Shown piece by piece: positions 8,529 through 17,450 of a DNA stretch of 37,299 bases. The translations under genes were made by a program, and so were the position numbers. The number at the start of each line of letters is the position of its first letter. Positions within the stretch are counted from its first letter, which is position 1. The stretch is from Fibrobacteria bacterium (lineage in GTDB: Bacteria; Fibrobacterota; Chitinivibrionia; Chitinivibrionales; FEN-1185). The stretch covers positions 15,561-52,859 of the forward strand of contig JBBIGR010000037.1 of NCBI GenBank assembly GCA_037447435.1, in the 5' to 3' direction. A model generated the notes under the pieces. That model was not told the DNA's origin. It made no database searches and worked only from the letters and a program-made list of their open reading frames with translations.

Positions 8529-9950
8529 TCAGAACCTGTTTTTGTCGATATCTTTGATCAATTTACTCTTATCAATCCACGGAACCGCGGCAGCGGTGCG
8601 GGCCGTCTTGGCCAACGATTTCGTTCGGGCAATGTCCGATACGTTGCGCAACTGGGTTCGCAGCGTATCGAGTTCCGCGGGTATGTAATCCTCCAGAACC
8701 ATGACGCGGTTCCCGTTTTGCTCAAGGCATACACGCGACACGGTGTCCAAAATCACGACCCGGGCGTCTACCGATTGCGGCAGGGGTAAAGCCAGGCTTC
8801 TTTTTTTATTGACAAGTAAGGCATAGTTGGTCAGGAAATCGTTCGCATTCGTGCTGTCCGACCATTCCGTATTCCAAATGAGCCGAAGTCTTACGGAATT
8901 ATTTCCCGTATAGGCAATAATCCTGTCTGCGACTATGCCGTCGGCAATGTCCCTGTAATTGGAAAAATCCCATTCCCTGAACATCACGCAGGTCAAGACT
9001 TCGCCGAGCTCATCGTAATCGTATACCGTGTCGATCGAATTCAAACGATCGGCAAAGGAACTCATGTCAAGAAACCGCTCGCTGTATGCGGCGTATTTTT
9101 CAGGATGCAAGACTTCAAAGGTCTTTTGAGGCAACCAGGCGAATACCTTGCTGTCGATCTGGCTCCAATCGGCGGAGGTATTGTCGTATATGAACAATGG
9201 TCCATACGAATAGTACGCCCAATAGAGCGGTTGTTGGGCCAAAAGCGGTTTATTGAACCCGTGCAGCGAGTCCAGCATGGAATCGACACTCAGGGCGACC
9301 GCATTGAAATACCTGATAATACTCGTGAAAGAGGTCGGATAATGTCCCGCTTCAATCTTATACAAGAATTCAGTGCCGAGCATTTCCGCTTCACCCTCCA
9401 AAACGTAGCGCAACGCATTGCCTTCATCGGAGGAATTCACATTGTCCTGCAAATTGGTCAAATTATAATATTGGTCTTGCATTCCGTGAACAAGTTCGTG
9501 AAAAATGGTTACCGAATCATCCTGCGGAATGGCGGTCGCATTGTCGTCGATAATAACATTAATCAAATTCGAACCGTCTTCGTAAAATCCTCCGGTGCTG
9601 GTCGCCATCATAGTATCGTAGCCTGCATAAAAATCCTGGTTCGGTTTTAAAAGCCCTTCGCAACGCCATACGGCATTAGACCTGTTTTTATCGGCAATGC
9701 TTGTCGCATTGTTTTGATTGGCCATTGAAGCAAGGTACTGGCTTTTCGTCGTGACCGACACATCGATCGCACGTTTGATTTTTTTTCCCCGTACGAATTC
9801 GACTTCGTTCATCAGTGTTGCGGTGAGCGAAATATATTGTTGTTGTAATGGATTGACGGAAGACGATTGCGTTGGGGACAAACGGGAACATCCGACGGAA
9901 ATCATAGCGAGCCATAATAGGTTTACAATTATTTTAATTCGTATTTTCAT
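8529..9950 (-). CDS. Lipoprotein with gluzincin-like zinc metallopeptidase motif
   Basis: Lipobox SVG-C; 'GGFYE', HELVH (HExxH) followed by 'EGEAE', 'Y.YG..F'. Alternative start at 9986. Confidence 0.7.
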   Translation of the reverse strand: MKIRIKIIVNLLWLAMISVGCSRLSPTQSSSVNPLQQQYISLTATLMNEVEFVRGKKIKRAIDVSVTTKSQYLASMANQNNATSIADKNRSNAVWRCEGLLKPNQDFYAGYDTMMATSTGGFYEDGSNLINVIIDDNATAIPQDDSVTIFHELVHGMQDQYYNLTNLQDNVNSSDEGNALRYVLEGEAEMLGTEFLYKIEAGHYPTSFTSIIRYFNAVALSVDSMLDSLHGFNKPLLAQQPLYWAYYSYGPLFIYDNTSADWSQIDSKVFAWLPQKTFEVLHPEKYAAYSERFLDMSSFADRLNSIDTVYDYDELGEVLTCVMFREWDFSNYRDIADGIVADRIIAYTGNNSVRLRLIWNTEWSDSTNANDFLTNYALLVNKKRSLALPLPQSVDARVVILDTVSRVCLEQNGNRVMVLEDYIPAELDTLRTQLRNVSDIARTKSLAKTARTAAAVPWIDKSKLIKDIDKNRF

Positions 9951-10042
9951 ACAGTCCTTGATTCGATATTGTATTTCCAAATCCATCGTCTTTTATCATA
10001 TCATACCATGATTGACTTTCACCATACAATTAAAATAATTTT

Positions 10043-11143
10043 TCATGGTATCGGTTGAGTAAAATGCAGCGAATCGCCCCAGGAATTATAGCCGATTTCC
10101 CTGCCGATCGAGGCGATGCGCCGTTCCAAACAGTTTTTGCATTGCAAAGCCGATTCATCCAGGCATGGTTTCCCTTCATAGAGTAAATAATCGTTTCGCA
10201 CCGTTGTCGGCGTCGATTGCGGCATTAAAATATTGGCCCCGAATAAAAGCCCTTTTTCCCTGCCCACCGGATCCATTGCCTGCAATGCCGTCGTAGCGGC
10301 GATATTGACATTTTGCAAAACCAAGCGCGTCACCGCGATCATGTTCAAAGACAATTGCATTATTTCGTCGCGACGACCAGCGGTCTCATCTTTATATACG
10401 GCCATCGGGGTTGCTTCGTGAACGATATACGGCCCCATGCCGATCATGGCAACGTCCATGGCTTTAAAAAACAGAATATCATCGGCAAGTTCTTCAAGGG
10501 TTTGCGTCGGCAACCCGATCATCACGCCGGTCCCGACCTGAAATCCGATCTGTTTTAATAGTTTCAGGCATTCGATTCGCGATTGCAATTGTTGGGTTTT
10601 CGGATGGATGCATTCGAACAGGCACGGCGTGCTCGACTCAATCCGAAGCAAATAGCGATGAGCACCAGCCTCAAAAAAGCGTCTGTACGTTTTTTCGGAT
10701 TGTTCTCCTACGCAAAGCGTTATGCCGACGCCGTGGGGAGAATCCGGCGATTTTGTTTCCCGCTTTATCGATCGAACCGTATCTTCAACAAAGGAAATAA
10801 ACTCCTCATCCCGCCTCTCGCCAGACTGTAAAACAACGGAACCATACCCTTGGGCCGCGCAAAACAAAGCCGATTCAAGAATTTCATCTTTCGTCAACAA
10901 AAAACGGCGCACGCCGTGATTCGATTTTCGTATGCCGCAGTAATTGCAATCGCATACGCAGTGGTTCGAAAATTCGATAAGCCCTCTAAAATACACTTTT
11001 TTCCCGCAATGTTTAAGCAGCGTATTCTCGGCGGCCGATCGCAATTGTTCGATATCCCGCGGCTCCCGAAGTCGCAAGAGCGATACGATATCGCCGCGGG
11101 AATATTCTTTTTTGGCAAGTATGTCGTTTATTGCTTTTTTCAT
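10043..11143 (-). CDS. hydE: [FeFe]-hydrogenase H-cluster radical SAM maturase HydE
   Basis: RGLIEFSNHCVCDCNYC, GAHRYLLRIES, GTGVMIGLP, C-terminal YEGKPC. ATG 11143 lies 4 nt after the hydG stop. Confidence 0.93.
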   Translation of the reverse strand: MKKAINDILAKKEYSRGDIVSLLRLREPRDIEQLRSAAENTLLKHCGKKVYFRGLIEFSNHCVCDCNYCGIRKSNHGVRRFLLTKDEILESALFCAAQGYGSVVLQSGERRDEEFISFVEDTVRSIKRETKSPDSPHGVGITLCVGEQSEKTYRRFFEAGAHRYLLRIESSTPCLFECIHPKTQQLQSRIECLKLLKQIGFQVGTGVMIGLPTQTLEELADDILFFKAMDVAMIGMGPYIVHEATPMAVYKDETAGRRDEIMQLSLNMIAVTRLVLQNVNIAATTALQAMDPVGREKGLLFGANILMPQSTPTTVRNDYLLYEGKPCLDESALQCKNCLERRIASIGREIGYNSWGDSLHFTQPIP

Positions 11144-11147
11144 AGGT

Positions 11148-12626
11148 CTAAAAAAACAAATCCCGTTCCCCTGTTTTTGTCCGTGTATAGTTTTCCATGA
11201 ACGAGTCGAATACATGCGGCATCTTGATTTTAATTTCCGCAATCTCGTTTTCAATGATTTTTTCCCCGGCGCGTCGGGTTTGGTCGGTTGCAAAATCGTC
11301 AAGCCATTCCCGATAGGTTATGACCGCATTGAGCTTGCAAAACTTTCCCTCCTGACCGCTCCTCAGCAGGTCCATGATGCATTTACCGGTGCGACCGCAC
11401 CGGTATCCCGCGGTACAAAACGAAGTGATATTGCCCATTGCCGCAAGGTCGCGTATCAAATCGTCAAGTGTCCGCGTGTCGCCGAGAATGAATTGTTGCC
11501 GGTCCGGTTGTTGCGGTTTCAAGTCGCTATACGCGCCGAGCCCGACTTGCGAAGATGCGTCCATCTGCGTAATGCCGAGCGGAATCAAACTGTCGCGCAT
11601 CGCCGCGTTTTCCCGCGCTGTCAATATCATGCCGGCATACGGGATTGCAAGCCGCAGTACGACGATCGCACGCCTGAATTCAGCATCGCTGATTTTATGG
11701 GGAATTGCAATCGATAACGGCGTGGTCTCGGCGGGCTCGATCCGGGGAAACGAAATGGTATGCGGACCGATGCCGAACTGCTTTTCAAGCTCGATCGCAT
11801 GGTGCAACATGCCCATGACCTCGAATTTCCAATCGTAAAGACCGAACAGGGAGCCGATTCCGACATCGTCGATTCCGGCTTCGAGCGCGCGATGCATGCA
11901 ATACAACCGCCACGCATAATCTCCTTTCAAGGTGTTTTTGGGATGCATGGCGGCATAGGTCTTATGGTGATAGGTTTCCTGGAACACCTGAAACGTTCCA
12001 ATGCCAGTTTCGTGGAGAATGCGCAAATCCTCAACCGACATTGGAGCGGCATTGACATTGACGCGTCTGATCGACCCCTTTCCGTTTTTCGTTTTCATCG
12101 AAACCGAATATATCGTTTTAAGGGTTTCGGCAATGTATTGGGTGTCCGATGCAGGATGTTCGCCATAAACGGCAATAAGCCGTTTATGCCCGATTGTCCC
12201 TGCCAAAACCTCGGTTTCGCTTCGGACCTGGTCCTGGGTCAAAACACCGCGTTTCATTCCCGTATTTTCGCTGCGGAGTCCGCAATAGGCGCAATTATTG
12301 ACACATTGCGTACTCATGTACAGCGGCGCAAAGGTGACAATACGGTTGTCATACACTTTTTTCTTGATTTCAAGCGCGGCATTTTCCATTTCAGCAACAA
12401 GATCAGGATCGGTTACCCGCATCAAAACAGCGGTTTCTTGAGGCGACAATGTTTCAACGGCCAGCGATTTTTTCAAGATCTCCCGTATGTATACGGGGTC
12501 CGGGACCAATGCATTTTGAAGCATTTTTTCAATTACATCGTCATCGATGAAATCCCGCCCATGGGCCAGGTATTTGTCCCGCTGGTCACGAGGGATTCTG
12601 TTTTTAAGCCAGGTTTGTGTCGTCAT
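11148..12626 (-). CDS. hydG: [FeFe]-hydrogenase H-cluster radical SAM maturase HydG
   Basis: FAPLY..CVNNCAYC, FQETYH, GIDDVGIG, GPHTISFPR; auxiliary-cluster motif Cx5Cx19C. Confidence 0.96.
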   Translation of the reverse strand: MTTQTWLKNRIPRDQRDKYLAHGRDFIDDDVIEKMLQNALVPDPVYIREILKKSLAVETLSPQETAVLMRVTDPDLVAEMENAALEIKKKVYDNRIVTFAPLYMSTQCVNNCAYCGLRSENTGMKRGVLTQDQVRSETEVLAGTIGHKRLIAVYGEHPASDTQYIAETLKTIYSVSMKTKNGKGSIRRVNVNAAPMSVEDLRILHETGIGTFQVFQETYHHKTYAAMHPKNTLKGDYAWRLYCMHRALEAGIDDVGIGSLFGLYDWKFEVMGMLHHAIELEKQFGIGPHTISFPRIEPAETTPLSIAIPHKISDAEFRRAIVVLRLAIPYAGMILTARENAAMRDSLIPLGITQMDASSQVGLGAYSDLKPQQPDRQQFILGDTRTLDDLIRDLAAMGNITSFCTAGYRCGRTGKCIMDLLRSGQEGKFCKLNAVITYREWLDDFATDQTRRAGEKIIENEIAEIKIKMPHVFDSFMENYTRTKTGERDLFF

Positions 12627-13887
12627 TGTATACGTCCTTTTTATATTGTTGTCGGGAGCGGGTAAAAGCGTCCAGGGCCGCCGGAAACGGGGCCAACACC
12701 CGGTGCACGACGCCCTGGATAAACGATATGCATAATCCGTAATTGGTGATCGGCGTATTGGCCTGCTTGGCCGTCAAAAGCCTTGCTTGCGTTTCATTTC
12801 TTGTCAACATGCACGATCCGCAATGGACAATAAGCGAATAGTCCGAAAGGTTATCGGGAAAATCCCTGCCGCTGTATACATCTATGTGCAAATCGAGTCC
12901 CGTGTACTGGCGAAGCCAACGGGGGATTTTTACCCTGCCGATATCGTCGGCCAACGCATGATGGGAACAAGCTTCGGCAACGAGGATTTTGTCGCCCAGT
13001 TTCAGGGAATCGATAATTGCCAAACCCTGGGCCTGCAATTGCAAATCGCCTTTATTCCGCGAAAAAAGAATCGAAAACGTGGTACAGGGTATGTCCGCGG
13101 GAGTATCGGCCACCACTTTCAACACGACCTGTGAATCGCATACGACAAGATCTGGCTTTACGTTCAGTTTTGTAAGCAGGTCCGCATATTCCCGTTCCTT
13201 TACAACAACGACAGACGCGTCGTTGTCCAAGGTATCCCGGATGGTTTGTACTTGGGGCAGGATCAACCGTCCTTTGGGGGCTTGCAAATCAATCGGTACA
13301 ACCAGGACCACTACCCCGCCCGGCGGCACCAAATCGCCGACAATTGCCAATTCGCCGTCACCGGAATTTTTCAAACTTTGGGCAATAAGGTTCCTAAATT
13401 CCGTTTCACTCTTTTCACGCGAGTCCGCATCGGCGCACGAACACAGCATGACGTACGGCGATTTCTTTTTGCAAAGGTCCACAAATTCCGGCAATGGCGC
13501 GGCAATGTCCGTTTTATTAATGACAAGGACGCACGCGCACCCGCGTTTTGCAGCCTGTTCGATGAGCGAATCCTCAAAGCCGGTCCACCTTCCGCTCTCG
13601 ACCACAATGACAAAAATATCTGCCCGGGCATATGCCGACAGCGTTTTTTTCATGCGCGCCTCTGCCAAGGCCGACGCGTCGTCGATTCCTGCAGTGTCAA
13701 GAAGCACCACGGGGCCAACGGGTAAAAGCTCCATGGTTTTTTCCACAATATCCGTGGTGGTTCCTGCCAAAGGAGAAATGACGGACACATCCTGGCCGAC
13801 CAGATAATTGAGAAGGCTCGACTTCCCGACATTGGTGCGTCCGAAAAACCCTATCTGCTTCCGTAACGATTTCGGCGTTTTTTCCAT
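12604..13887 (-). CDS. hydF: [FeFe]-hydrogenase maturation GTPase HydF
   Basis: GRTNVGKSS, GTTTD, DTAG, NKTD, APKGRLILPQ, EACSHH, HCGSC. Start ATG 13887 lies 4 nt after the aspA stop. Confidence 0.96.
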   Translation of the reverse strand: MEKTPKSLRKQIGFFGRTNVGKSSLLNYLVGQDVSVISPLAGTTTDIVEKTMELLPVGPVVLLDTAGIDDASALAEARMKKTLSAYARADIFVIVVESGRWTGFEDSLIEQAAKRGCACVLVINKTDIAAPLPEFVDLCKKKSPYVMLCSCADADSREKSETEFRNLIAQSLKNSGDGELAIVGDLVPPGGVVVLVVPIDLQAPKGRLILPQVQTIRDTLDNDASVVVVKEREYADLLTKLNVKPDLVVCDSQVVLKVVADTPADIPCTTFSILFSRNKGDLQLQAQGLAIIDSLKLGDKILVAEACSHHALADDIGRVKIPRWLRQYTGLDLHIDVYSGRDFPDNLSDYSLIVHCGSCMLTRNETQARLLTAKQANTPITNYGLCISFIQGVVHRVLAPFPAALDAFTRSRQQYKKDVYNDDTNLA

Positions 13888-13891
13888 TATG

Positions 13892-15286
13892 TTACTTTCG
13901 TATCGGCAAAGGTTTACCGTGATGACCGAGCGACATGAGACTTTGCGGCGAAAGCACCGTGTCGACCAGTTTTTTTCCGAGATTGTTTTCCAAAAACGTC
14001 CTGAAAAGAGGTTCATTGCTTTTTTCAAATTCTTTCACCAGACATTCCGCCTTATCATACCCGATATGGGGCAAAAACGCGGTAATTATGGTGGCGCTTT
14101 GGTTAACATGCCGCAAACAGGCCTGTTCGTCCGCACTTATATTGGCCGCGTGAGCGGCCAATATAAGATTGGCATTGCATAAAAGGCCGATCGCTTCCAT
14201 GAGCGATTGGCCCAAAAGCGGCAAGAATTCGTTTATTTGCAAAGTTCCCATTGCCGAGGTTTCATTGACAATATTGAGCAATGCCTGCACCTTGACCGAA
14301 ACACCGATAACCGCTTCACAAACGACCGGATTGATTTTCCCCGGCATGATGGACGACCCGGCCTGCACGGAAGGCAAGCGGATGTCGCCGATCGAATGCA
14401 GCAGCCGAAGATCGTTGCAGATTTTCCGGAGGTTTGCGGCATGCGCGCCAAGAATGCCCGCAACCTCGGAAAAGGCATCGGCATTCGCGGTTTGGTCCAT
14501 CGGGTTCTCGGCCCTGCAAAGACCTTGCCCCGTAATGGCCCGTAATTTCTCGATTACCAAAAAGATATAGCTTTTGGGCGCAGTCAGTCCCGTCCCTATT
14601 GCGGTTCCGCCGATATTGACAATGCGCAATCTTTCTTCGCATTTGAAGGTACGCCACCGGTCCCGGCTTATCGCCTCGGCAAAACAGGAAAATTGGGCGC
14701 CGAGCGTCATGGGTACCGCATCGGCCAGTTCGGTACGGCCCATGGTCACAATCGAAGCAAATTCTTTTTCCTTTGTCTGCATCGCGTCCTGCACCGCCGT
14801 GATCGCACCGTTTAATTGCCGAATCCCGTTTATGGCGGCAATTTTTAGCGCCGTTGGATACACATCGTTCGTAGACTGATGTAAATTGACATGCTCGATG
14901 GGATGAAGTACGGAATAGTTACCCTTGGGATGTCCTAAAATCTCAAGCGCCCTGTTTGCGATCACTTCGTTGATGTTCATATTCGTCGATGTCCCTGCAC
15001 CACCCTGCATGGCGTCGACGGGAAACTGTCCGGATAATTTTCCCGCAGCGACGTCGTCGCAGGCCGATCCTATAGCGTTTGCAAACGATTCCCCGAAATA
15101 ACCGAGTTCCTTGTTTGTTTCGCAACAGGCTTTTTTCACCATTGCCAATGCCGTCAGAATCGACGGGTGAACCCCGGTCGTGGAAAAAGGAAAATTGGCA
15201 ACCGCGCGTTGGGTATGAATGCCCCAATAGGCCGGAAGGGGAATTTCCAAAGCACCGATCACATCGTGTTCGATCCGGGTTTCCAT
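13892..15286 (-). CDS. aspA: Aspartate ammonia-lyase (fumarase/aspartase superfamily), hyd-associated
   Basis: YWGIHTQRA, QGGAGTSTNMN.NEV, QSTND.YPT, signature GSSIMPGKINP. Confidence 0.85.
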   Translation of the reverse strand: METRIEHDVIGALEIPLPAYWGIHTQRAVANFPFSTTGVHPSILTALAMVKKACCETNKELGYFGESFANAIGSACDDVAAGKLSGQFPVDAMQGGAGTSTNMNINEVIANRALEILGHPKGNYSVLHPIEHVNLHQSTNDVYPTALKIAAINGIRQLNGAITAVQDAMQTKEKEFASIVTMGRTELADAVPMTLGAQFSCFAEAISRDRWRTFKCEERLRIVNIGGTAIGTGLTAPKSYIFLVIEKLRAITGQGLCRAENPMDQTANADAFSEVAGILGAHAANLRKICNDLRLLHSIGDIRLPSVQAGSSIMPGKINPVVCEAVIGVSVKVQALLNIVNETSAMGTLQINEFLPLLGQSLMEAIGLLCNANLILAAHAANISADEQACLRHVNQSATIITAFLPHIGYDKAECLVKEFEKSNEPLFRTFLENNLGKKLVDTVLSPQSLMSLGHHGKPLPIRK

Positions 15287-15293
15287 GGCGGTT

Positions 15294-15548
15294 TCAACTT
15301 TCTTTTTTACTGAGCATTGATTTTACGGAAACGCCTTCGACGGCACCGAGTTTTCCGGTCATGGAGCCGATTTGATCGGAGGTGGCATCGACGACGAGTA
15401 CGATGACCGATTGCAGATCCCTGACATGCGGAACGCCGGTCCGTACCACGATCATGTCGCCGAATTCCGACAAAATCTTATTGACTTCGTCAGCGTTTTT
15501 TTTCCTGTTTTCAACAATGATGCCGACAAATCCGACTCTTTTTTCCAT
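15294..15548 (-). CDS. TM1266-family iron-only hydrogenase system putative regulator (ACT/NikR-C-like)
   Basis: 'MEKRVGFVGIIVE...VNKILSEF...IVVRTGVP...TGKLG...GVSVKS'; GGAG RBS 6 nt before ATG; sits ahead of the maturation genes. Confidence 0.85.
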   Translation of the reverse strand: MEKRVGFVGIIVENRKKNADEVNKILSEFGDMIVVRTGVPHVRDLQSVIVLVVDATSDQIGSMTGKLGAVEGVSVKSMLSKKES

Positions 15549-15560
15549 ACGCAACTCCAC

Positions 15561-15610
15561 AAAAAAAAATCCCGTCTTTTATCGCGGATATCCTGCGGCA
15601 AAAGACGGGA
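15561..15610 (-). terminator. Intrinsic terminator between hydA and the maturation genes, probably conditional
   Basis: Minus strand TCCCGTCTTTT-N19-AAAAGACGGGA followed by T9. Confidence 0.85.
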
Positions 15611-15701
15611 CAGTAAGTGAACTTCCCTATATACTCTTATGCCCTTGGTCGCAGGGCTTTGGCCCCTTGCCGCAGGTACTCTGTGCTATCGAAATTAAAC
15701 G
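15561..15701 (-). promoter_or_regulatory. Candidate transcription attenuator / riboswitch-like leader
   Basis: Upstream CCTGCGGCAA(GGG) is complementary to (CTT)TTGCCGCAGG in the terminator loop and 5' arm, making the two structures mutually exclusive. Confidence 0.6.
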
Positions 15702-17447
15702 TTATCTCTTATATTCCGGTTTCGGCTTATACTCCGTGTGCAACAGCTTTTCGGCTGTTTCGCCAAGCGGTTCGCCGATGAAATCCTTATATACTTTTTT
15801 GACAAATGGATTTTCATGCGAATACCGGATGGTGTGGGCCTCATCGTCCTTATATAAGCCCAAACCGCGCTTGACGCGCAATTCATCGGTAACGCCGTAC
15901 GGCTGCCCGCCGCCACCGACGCATCCGCCCGGACAAGCCATGACTTCGATGAAATGATACGGCAGCTCTTCGCCTTTGGCCTTTGCCTGGCGTACTTTAT
16001 CGATGACGAATTCCACATTGCTGAGTCCGTGCGCCACCGCGACTTTGACCGTATGATTGCCCACCGGGATCGTCCCTTCCTTGACACCTGCTAGCCCTCG
16101 GACGTTTTCGAACTCGACGTTTTTCAATTTTCCGCCGGTCACGTAGTCGTACGCGGTTCGTAGCGCCGCTTCCATGACGCCGCCGGTCGCGCCGAAAATC
16201 GTTCCGGCCCCGGTATATTCGCCAAGAATGTGGTCGGATTCCTCATCGGGCAACGTTTCGAAATCGATTCCGGCCTGTTTTATCATCCGGGCCAATTCAC
16301 GAGTGGTGATAGACACGTCGACGTCCTGGTTTCCCGATGCGAACATGTCTTCCGATCGTTTGATTTCGATCTTTTTTGCCGTGCACGGCATCACAGCGGC
16401 AATGAATATATTTGCCGGATCGAGACGTCGCTTGCGCGCATAATACGTTTTGGTCAATACGCCCACAATTTGCTGCGGCGATTTACACGACGAAAAATGG
16501 CCGACCATGTCGGGATGGAATTTTTCCATAAAATCAACCCATGCCGGGCAGCAACTCGTGATAAGCGGCAGTTTTTCCTGTTTTTTTGTAAACCGGTGTA
16601 CGAATTCGTTTGCTTCCTCGACAATGGTCACATCGGCGCCGAAATTGGTGTCGAACACGGCCTTAAACCCCATACGGCGCAATGCCGCATATAATTTACC
16701 CGTGCAATTCTCGCCGATTGGAAACCCGAAGGCTTCCCCTATAGCAACGCGCACCGCGGGTGCGATCTGAATAACGCAGTATTTTTTAGCGTCCGCCAAT
16801 GCGCCCCACACCTTTGCGGTCTCGTCGTTTTCGAAAATCGCGCCGGTCGGGCAATGCGCGGAACATTGTCCGCAATTGACACACGGCGAATCGGCAAGCG
16901 AAATGTCGCCGGCGGGCGAGACTCTGGTGTCGATGCCGCGTTCCATCATGGACAGCGCCCAAACGTTCTGCATCTTCTGACACACTTGTATACAACGGCC
17001 GCAAGAAATGCATTTACGAGACTCTAAAACGATGGCGCCGGTCGACGAATCGGCGGGAATGGTCGGTAAATGTTGCGGGAACGATTCGCGTCTGATGCCG
17101 AAATCGGCGGCGAGCTTTTGCAATTCGCAATTCTGATTTCTGCCGCAGGTCAGGCATTCGTTGGGATGTTTCGACAAAATCAACTCAATGACCGATCGCC
17201 GCACTTCGACGATTTCCGGATCCTGCGTCGTGATATCCATGTTTTCTTCAATGGGCGTGCAACAGGCGCGCAGCATCTTGTTCGACCCCTTGAGCTTTAC
17301 AATACATATTCCGCATGCCGCAGTGGCGGGCAAATCCGGATGCTTGCACAGAGTCGGGATTTTTATTTGTACCTTTTGTGCAGCCTCAAGGATGCTTGTT
17401 CCTTCGGGAACCGAAACGATGATACCATTTATCTTTGCATTTACCAT
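15702..17447 (-). CDS. hydA: Multimeric (group A3) [FeFe]-hydrogenase catalytic subunit HydA/HndD
   Basis: H-cluster motifs ITSCCPAW, VMPCTAKK.E, EVMACPGGCVGGGGQP; N-terminal 2Fe-2S, His-ligated (HPNECLTC) and 2x[4Fe-4S] domains. Confidence 0.97.
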   Translation of the reverse strand: MVNAKINGIIVSVPEGTSILEAAQKVQIKIPTLCKHPDLPATAACGICIVKLKGSNKMLRACCTPIEENMDITTQDPEIVEVRRSVIELILSKHPNECLTCGRNQNCELQKLAADFGIRRESFPQHLPTIPADSSTGAIVLESRKCISCGRCIQVCQKMQNVWALSMMERGIDTRVSPAGDISLADSPCVNCGQCSAHCPTGAIFENDETAKVWGALADAKKYCVIQIAPAVRVAIGEAFGFPIGENCTGKLYAALRRMGFKAVFDTNFGADVTIVEEANEFVHRFTKKQEKLPLITSCCPAWVDFMEKFHPDMVGHFSSCKSPQQIVGVLTKTYYARKRRLDPANIFIAAVMPCTAKKIEIKRSEDMFASGNQDVDVSITTRELARMIKQAGIDFETLPDEESDHILGEYTGAGTIFGATGGVMEAALRTAYDYVTGGKLKNVEFENVRGLAGVKEGTIPVGNHTVKVAVAHGLSNVEFVIDKVRQAKAKGEELPYHFIEVMACPGGCVGGGGQPYGVTDELRVKRGLGLYKDDEAHTIRYSHENPFVKKVYKDFIGEPLGETAEKLLHTEYKPKPEYKR

Positions 17448-17450
17448 TTT

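Noticed and set aside
11144..11302. N-terminal extensions of hydE (and likewise hydF 13888-14028)
   Set aside because: They overlap the upstream genes by about 140-155 nt; downstream ATGs 4 nt after the preceding stops fit the family N-termini.
10043..12626. bioB / thiH assignments
   Set aside because: HydE- and HydG-specific C-terminal motifs and adjacency to hydF and hydA.
10944..13807. Long + strand ORFs (10944-11717, 11760-12665, 12989-13807)
   Set aside because: Antisense shadows of hydE/hydG/hydF with no recognisable motifs.
15661..15675. ANTAR-target hairpin (GGCAAGGGGCC) or T-box in the hyd leader
   Set aside because: The loop is 5 nt rather than 6, there is no second hairpin next to the terminator, and no UGGNACC T-box bulge.
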